A DNA stretch of 64,000 bases from Mobula hypostoma (Eukaryota). The notes beneath the pieces are model-generated. The model had not been told where the DNA came from, ran no database searches, and saw nothing but the letters and a program-made list of their open reading frames with translations. The stretch lies in contig NC_086097.1 of the NCBI RefSeq assembly GCF_963921235.1, positions 75,456,001 through 75,520,000 of the forward strand, in the 5' to 3' direction. A program made the position numbers and the translations under genes. Positions 59,083 through 64,000 of the stretch are shown here, in pieces; position 1 is the stretch's first letter; each line of letters begins with the position of its first letter.

Positions 59083-61555
59083 TGTCATGGTCCGGTCCAT
59101 GAAGTCCCACTTCCCCCTTCCCCCTTCCCTCTTCCCACTCCCCCCTCACCTGCATCCCAGTCAAGTTCAACTGCCAGAGTGAGACTGGAGCCTTGCCACG
59201 CCAAGATAAGGGACTATCTATTGTTGAGTTTGGAACTATCTCTTTGTGTCCCCGTGTTTAGTGTTTGTGTCAAAGAAGAGTGCTGGCTGTAGGTCCTGTT
59301 CCCAAGGAGGGGTCCTGACTCTGTGTAAAGCCATGGCCCTAAGTCCTGTTCCCAAGGAGGGGTCCTGGCTCTGTGCCCTGTGTTCCTGTATTCCAAGTTC
59401 CAGGTGCCGTGTTCCAGTCCTGTCCAAGTCAAGGGTTTGTGTTCTCACCCAGCCCTGGAGTCCCTCTGCAGTTTACCTCGGCAAGTGTCCTCTGCAGTCA
59501 TCTCGGCCCTGCATCCTAGAAAGGGTCCTGGCCCTGTGCTCCAAGAAGGAGTCCTGGCTCTGTACCCAAGAGCCTAACCAACCCAAGTCCAAGAGCCTAG
59601 TCCTGCCCTGGAGTACCTTGTTTAGTCCACGTCCAAGGCTCTGTGTTCCAAGACCAAGTCCAGGTGCCGGGTTCCAGTCCTGTCCAAATCTGAGCGTCGT
59701 GTGCTCATCTAGTTCCAGTGCCTCGCCCAGTCCAGGAGTTCCTCGCCTAGCCCAGTGCTGGTGTACCTCGTCCTATCCTTACCAAGATCCTAGTCTTGAG
59801 TCCTCACCTAAATCCAAGGTCCAAGCCTGAGTCAAGACCCAGGTTCCAGGCTCGGAGTCCTAGCCCAGGCTCCTAGTTCCAGTTCCTTGTCCTGGTCCTG
59901 CTTTCCTAGTCTTAGTCCTAGCCCAGGCCCGGTGTCCTTGTCTCGTCCAGGGCCTGTGTCAATGTCCAGCGTCGTTTCTTCCCTTGCTTTCTTGACAAAC
60001 CTAGTCCTGTTCCTAGTAACACATCAAAGTTGCTGGTGAACGCAGCAGGCCAGGCAGCATCTCTAGGAAGAGGTACAGTTGATGATTCAGGCTGAGGACG
60101 AAGGGTCTCAGCCTGAAACATCGACTGCACCTCTTCCTACAGATGCTGCCTGGCCTGCTGCGTTCACCAGCAACTTTGATGTGTGTTGCTTGAATTTCCA
60201 GCATCTGCAGAATTCCTGTTGTTCCTGTTCCTAGTACTCCAGTGTCTGTGTACTGCATGTGGGTCCACTCCCAACTTCCCCCTTGTGACAGAATAGTCCA
60301 GTCAAATATGGGCCCAGTGACACAGACACTGTCGTTTTACTCTCACCATCCTGGGTTCCCTCCTGTTGAATACCCCCCCCCCACTGCACCTGCCCGGGTC
60401 GTGCATAGTCCAGAAAGCCTGTTAGGTCGCCAGGAGGCTCCCATAGAGGGGAGGGGATACTGTCATGGTCCGGTCTGTGAAGTCTGCATTCTGGTTCACA
60501 GTCCAGTCCGTTGATTCCTTATTCCCGGTTTTCTTGTTTTCCCTTGTTCCATTGGGTGCCTTAATTGGGGCACCTGATTCTCATTGTGGGCTGGCACATA
60601 AATACCTCTCAATCAGGGATTCTCTGTTGGACTGTTCCCTTCCCCTTCCTTCTGAATCCTTGCCTGCATCTCCATCAAGTTCAACTGCCAGAGTGAGACC
60701 GGAGCCTTGCCACACCAAGATAGGAACTATCTATCAGTGAGTTTGGAACTATCTGTGTCCCTGTTTTTAGTGTCTGTGTCAAAGAGTCATGGCCGTAGAT
60801 CCTGTTCCCAAGGGGGTGGGGTCCTGGCTCTGTTCTGTGTTCCAAATTCCAGGGTCCATGTTCCAGTCCTGTCCAAGTCAAAGCTTCATGTTCTTGCCCA
60901 GCCCAGGAGTCCCCTCACCCGTTTACCTTGATAAGTGTCCTTGGCAGTCATCCTGGTCCTGCATCCTAGAAAGGGTCCTGGCCCTATGCTACAAGGAGGA
61001 GTCCTGTCTCTGTACCCAAGAGCCTAACCAAACCTAGTCCAAGAGCCTCGTCCTGCCCTGGAGTACCTCGTCCAGTCCACGTCCAAGGCTCTGTGTTCCT
61101 GTGATCCAAGACCAAGTCCAGGCGCCGTGTTTCAGCCCTGTCCAAATCTGAGCTTTGTGTCCTCATCTAGTTCTGGTGCCTTGCCCAGCCCAGTGCTGGG
61201 GTACCTCGTCCTGTGCTAGGGTACCTCATCCTGTCCTTGCCAAGATCCTAGTCCCGAGTCCTTGCCTAGATCTGGGGTCTAAGCCCGAGTCAAGGTTCTG
61301 GGTCCCTGTCCAGTCTGTGGCTTGGAGTCCTGGCACAGACTCCTAGTTCCAAATTCCTTGTCCAGGTCCCACTTTCCTAGTCTTAGTCCTAGCCCAGGCC
61401 CAGTGTCCTTGTCTCATCCAGGGCCTGTGTCAATGTCCAGCGTCGTTTCTTCCCTTGCTTTCTTGACAAACCTAGTCCTGTTCCTAGTACTTCAGTGTCT
61501 GTGTACTGCATGTGGGTCCACTCCCAACTCCTCCCCCCCCCCCCACCTTATGACA
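59083..61555 (+). mobile_element. non-autonomous LTR element: LTR (59083-60290), 170-bp internal, LTR (60461-61555)
   Basis: 5-bp TSD gtgat (59078-59082, 61556-61560). Both LTRs run tgtca...tgaca and are homologous along their length. PPT agaggggagggga lies before the 3' LTR. Confidence 0.92.
60019..60222. mobile_element. Penelope pLTR foldback insertion in the 5' LTR
   Basis: 78-bp inverted arms (60019-60096 / 60107-60184). 14-bp TSD tcctgttcctagta (60005-60018, 60223-60236). The empty site is in the sister LTR at 61476-61489. Confidence 0.93.
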
Positions 61556-64000
61556 GTGATAGGCAGGCAGGCTTATTTCTGTGCTGTACAACTTTATGAC
61601 ACCATAGCAAATGTCTGTGAAGGTTTGCTAGACCAATGTGAATGATCCTATGAACAAGTGGTAGAGAACTGTACTTTTGAATTTGTTCACTTCCTTACCC
61701 ACAAGTTTACAACAATAATCCAAACTCTATACTGACAAAGCTGGGACATTATGGAAAGTTTGGATTACAGAAGCCAAGACTGTACTGATTTGAAAATATT
61801 GCAAGCATGTCAAGTTCAGAGAAACGTAAAAGGAAGTTTGCATCAAGTAGGCAGGCTGTATACATAAAGATTTGAGAACATATAGAGTCATTCTTGAACT
61901 ACAGTATATGGAACTGTTCTTCCATGCCAGCAAAGTCAAATAGGTAGCAGGTGGTAATGAACTACCTGAGTGTTTGTCTTCTGGTAGAAGTGGGCTAGAT
62001 ACCTGTGCCCTGTGAGTCAACCTTACAGTCCAATCACAGCTGAAGTAGTCGTTACAGTACTTTGAAACTACTTTAACCCAGTGTCCTCAAATGTTCTGAA
62101 GGTTCAATTTGGAATCTGAACCAAAAGCCTCAAAAATCAGATTTCGTGCATCTTTGGCAATGAGCATATTCAAGCTAAGCTCTTAAATGCACCAGTCATC
62201 ACATTTGAAAGCCCTGTAACCGAGGAAATGGGCTTGTAAATGTGAGGATCATCAACGGTGAGGGTGCAGGAGGTGAACATGCATGAACAAGCTGTGAGTG
62301 AGGTCATGAGTGGAGTATGACTGGTGTCTTCTTCACTAGGCTTGGACCAAAACACCAGCAGCCATTTAACCTTGTGGCCTAGAGGAGATGGGTGAAAAGA
62401 CCTATCATGTCACTGAACCTCTTCCTAAGACTGCTGAATCAGTATCAACACCAGGTTCTATAGGTAATCCCCAAGATCACAACTCTTGCATCTTTCACAT
62501 CTAGTTTCCTTGAATTCCTGTCTGGAGCAAGGTTCTATTCTGACTTTATCAGAAAATAATGGAAGTACAGCTCTGAATTATTTGTGAACCAGATATCTAA
62601 ATTTTAAACCTGTCCCAGAAATTAGAATTATAACACTATAGATGATTGGTAACTTGGGAACATGCATAAAATTTTCAGTGTGACAGCTTTCGGAAAGCTA
62701 CTTGAACAGATATATATTAATATGAATATACACATTCATAATGTTCTTAATAATTACTGGTAGAACTAAAACCCTCCCACATCCATTGCACGCACCTCTA
62801 TTTGAAGCTAATTCCCTTCATCAGTTAATTGTATATTTATGGCTTTCTTTTAAATTTAAAGACATTGAAAGTTAAATTATCTTTTAGGTGTGAATGATTC
62901 ACAATTTTGTATGGCATCCATTTTGTGGAGTGGCCCTGCAGCCTGCACTTGCTGAGTTTGGACCTTGTGTTTTGTGGTGCAGGGCCTGTTAACATGGTTC
63001 CCAGTGTGGGACACTTCCATATAGAGTCCTGCAGTGGAGCAGACAGACAGGTTAGTCAAATTTTTTGTTAATACAGGCAGACACTGTAGAAGTCTGAGGA
63101 AAATTTGGCCCTTTTTTAATTTTCCTATTTTTATCACATACATTTCTAATGATGATCCAGTGATATCTGCACAAACTTTAACTAGCTTCCTGATTAGATA
63201 TTCCAGTACTGTGGTAAGAGACCTGTTACCATTTTAAATTTCTTTCCAGAGCCAGGAAAAGAAAATATTCTCCAGCTAGTTGAATGCCATTTTCAACACC
63301 GATTCATTTTTGATGTTTGACCATATTTAGATTAAGAATACAGATGCTGTTTTGGAACAGACTTTTTAAGTAAATGAACTCCTGGTGCGGAGAAGCTCAG
63401 AATACAAATGTTGAAATTAACTTTGTCAAAGACTGGCAGCGTAAGCCGTGATTGAATCACAAGTGACACATCTGTTGTCCAGAGCAGTTCTACTGTGCAA
63501 TTGTAAGAAGTGCTCTAATGGAAAATCAGTAAACTACAATCATACTGAGGGCAGGTTGAGCAGTGTTTAACAGGCTAATCTCACTTTCCAATCCTTGCAA
63601 TCCTTGCATGCTTGAGTGAATCCTTTTGGTCACTTAAGCTGAAATGACATGGCTGAATGACAACATGCAGACTGGTGGAAATGTTATTATTTTGCTTGCT
63701 TTCTGGTCAGGTCAATGACCTAATGCCAGAGCATGCAGTTAAGAGAGTTGGAATGAGAAGAACATGAATGCTCAAGACCTGCTGCATATAAATAAAGCCA
63801 TTAGAAAACACTGGGATCTTGTTATTAAAAACAGAACATTCATTTTTGGTACACCACAGTAGAAAAATTGTCTGCAATTTTGCATGCCTTATTTGAGGAA
63901 GAGTGTGACAGCTTTTGAGAGCATTCATTAGAAATAACCCAAAGATGTAGAAATACATAATTATATAAAGATTATTTTGAAACAAAATGTTAAGAGGAGA

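Noticed and set aside
59246..59830. 194-aa ORF and similar ORFs within the LTRs
   Set aside because: Low-complexity Ser/Pro/Cys-rich translation of LTR internal repeats, not kept open in the sister LTR.

Overview
Eukaryotic, AT-rich, CpG-depleted DNA made almost entirely of transposable elements. The repeat mix (CR1, Rex1/Babar, fish-type L1, Penelope, V-SINE) suggests a cartilaginous fish, probably a ray; this is inference. No host gene could be supported. Main contents: (1) a young 5'-truncated L1 with an intact 1258-aa ORF2 and a 14-bp TSD (28184-32896, -). (2) A complete but decayed CsRN1-clade Ty3/Gypsy provirus (52932-57307) with tRNA-Trp PBS, CHCC Gag and a -1 frameshift signal, plus an older relative (22140-25680, -). 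(3) An LTR-170 bp-LTR non-autonomous element with a 5-bp TSD (59083-61555) and a related solo LTR holding a 37-bp minisatellite (41752-43267). (4) A deleted Chapaev3 DNA transposon and a Tigger/pogo remnant. (5) Long Rex1, CR1 and L1 fragments. (6) Many Penelope-derived insertions carrying minimal type I hammerhead ribozymes, several with exact TSDs and one whose empty site is visible in the window. The most interesting non-coding signals are the hammerhead mini-elements, the frameshift cassette and the TRIM/LARD-like element. All belong to known classes, so I cannot claim a previously undescribed system. Coordinates of degenerate fragments are approximate.
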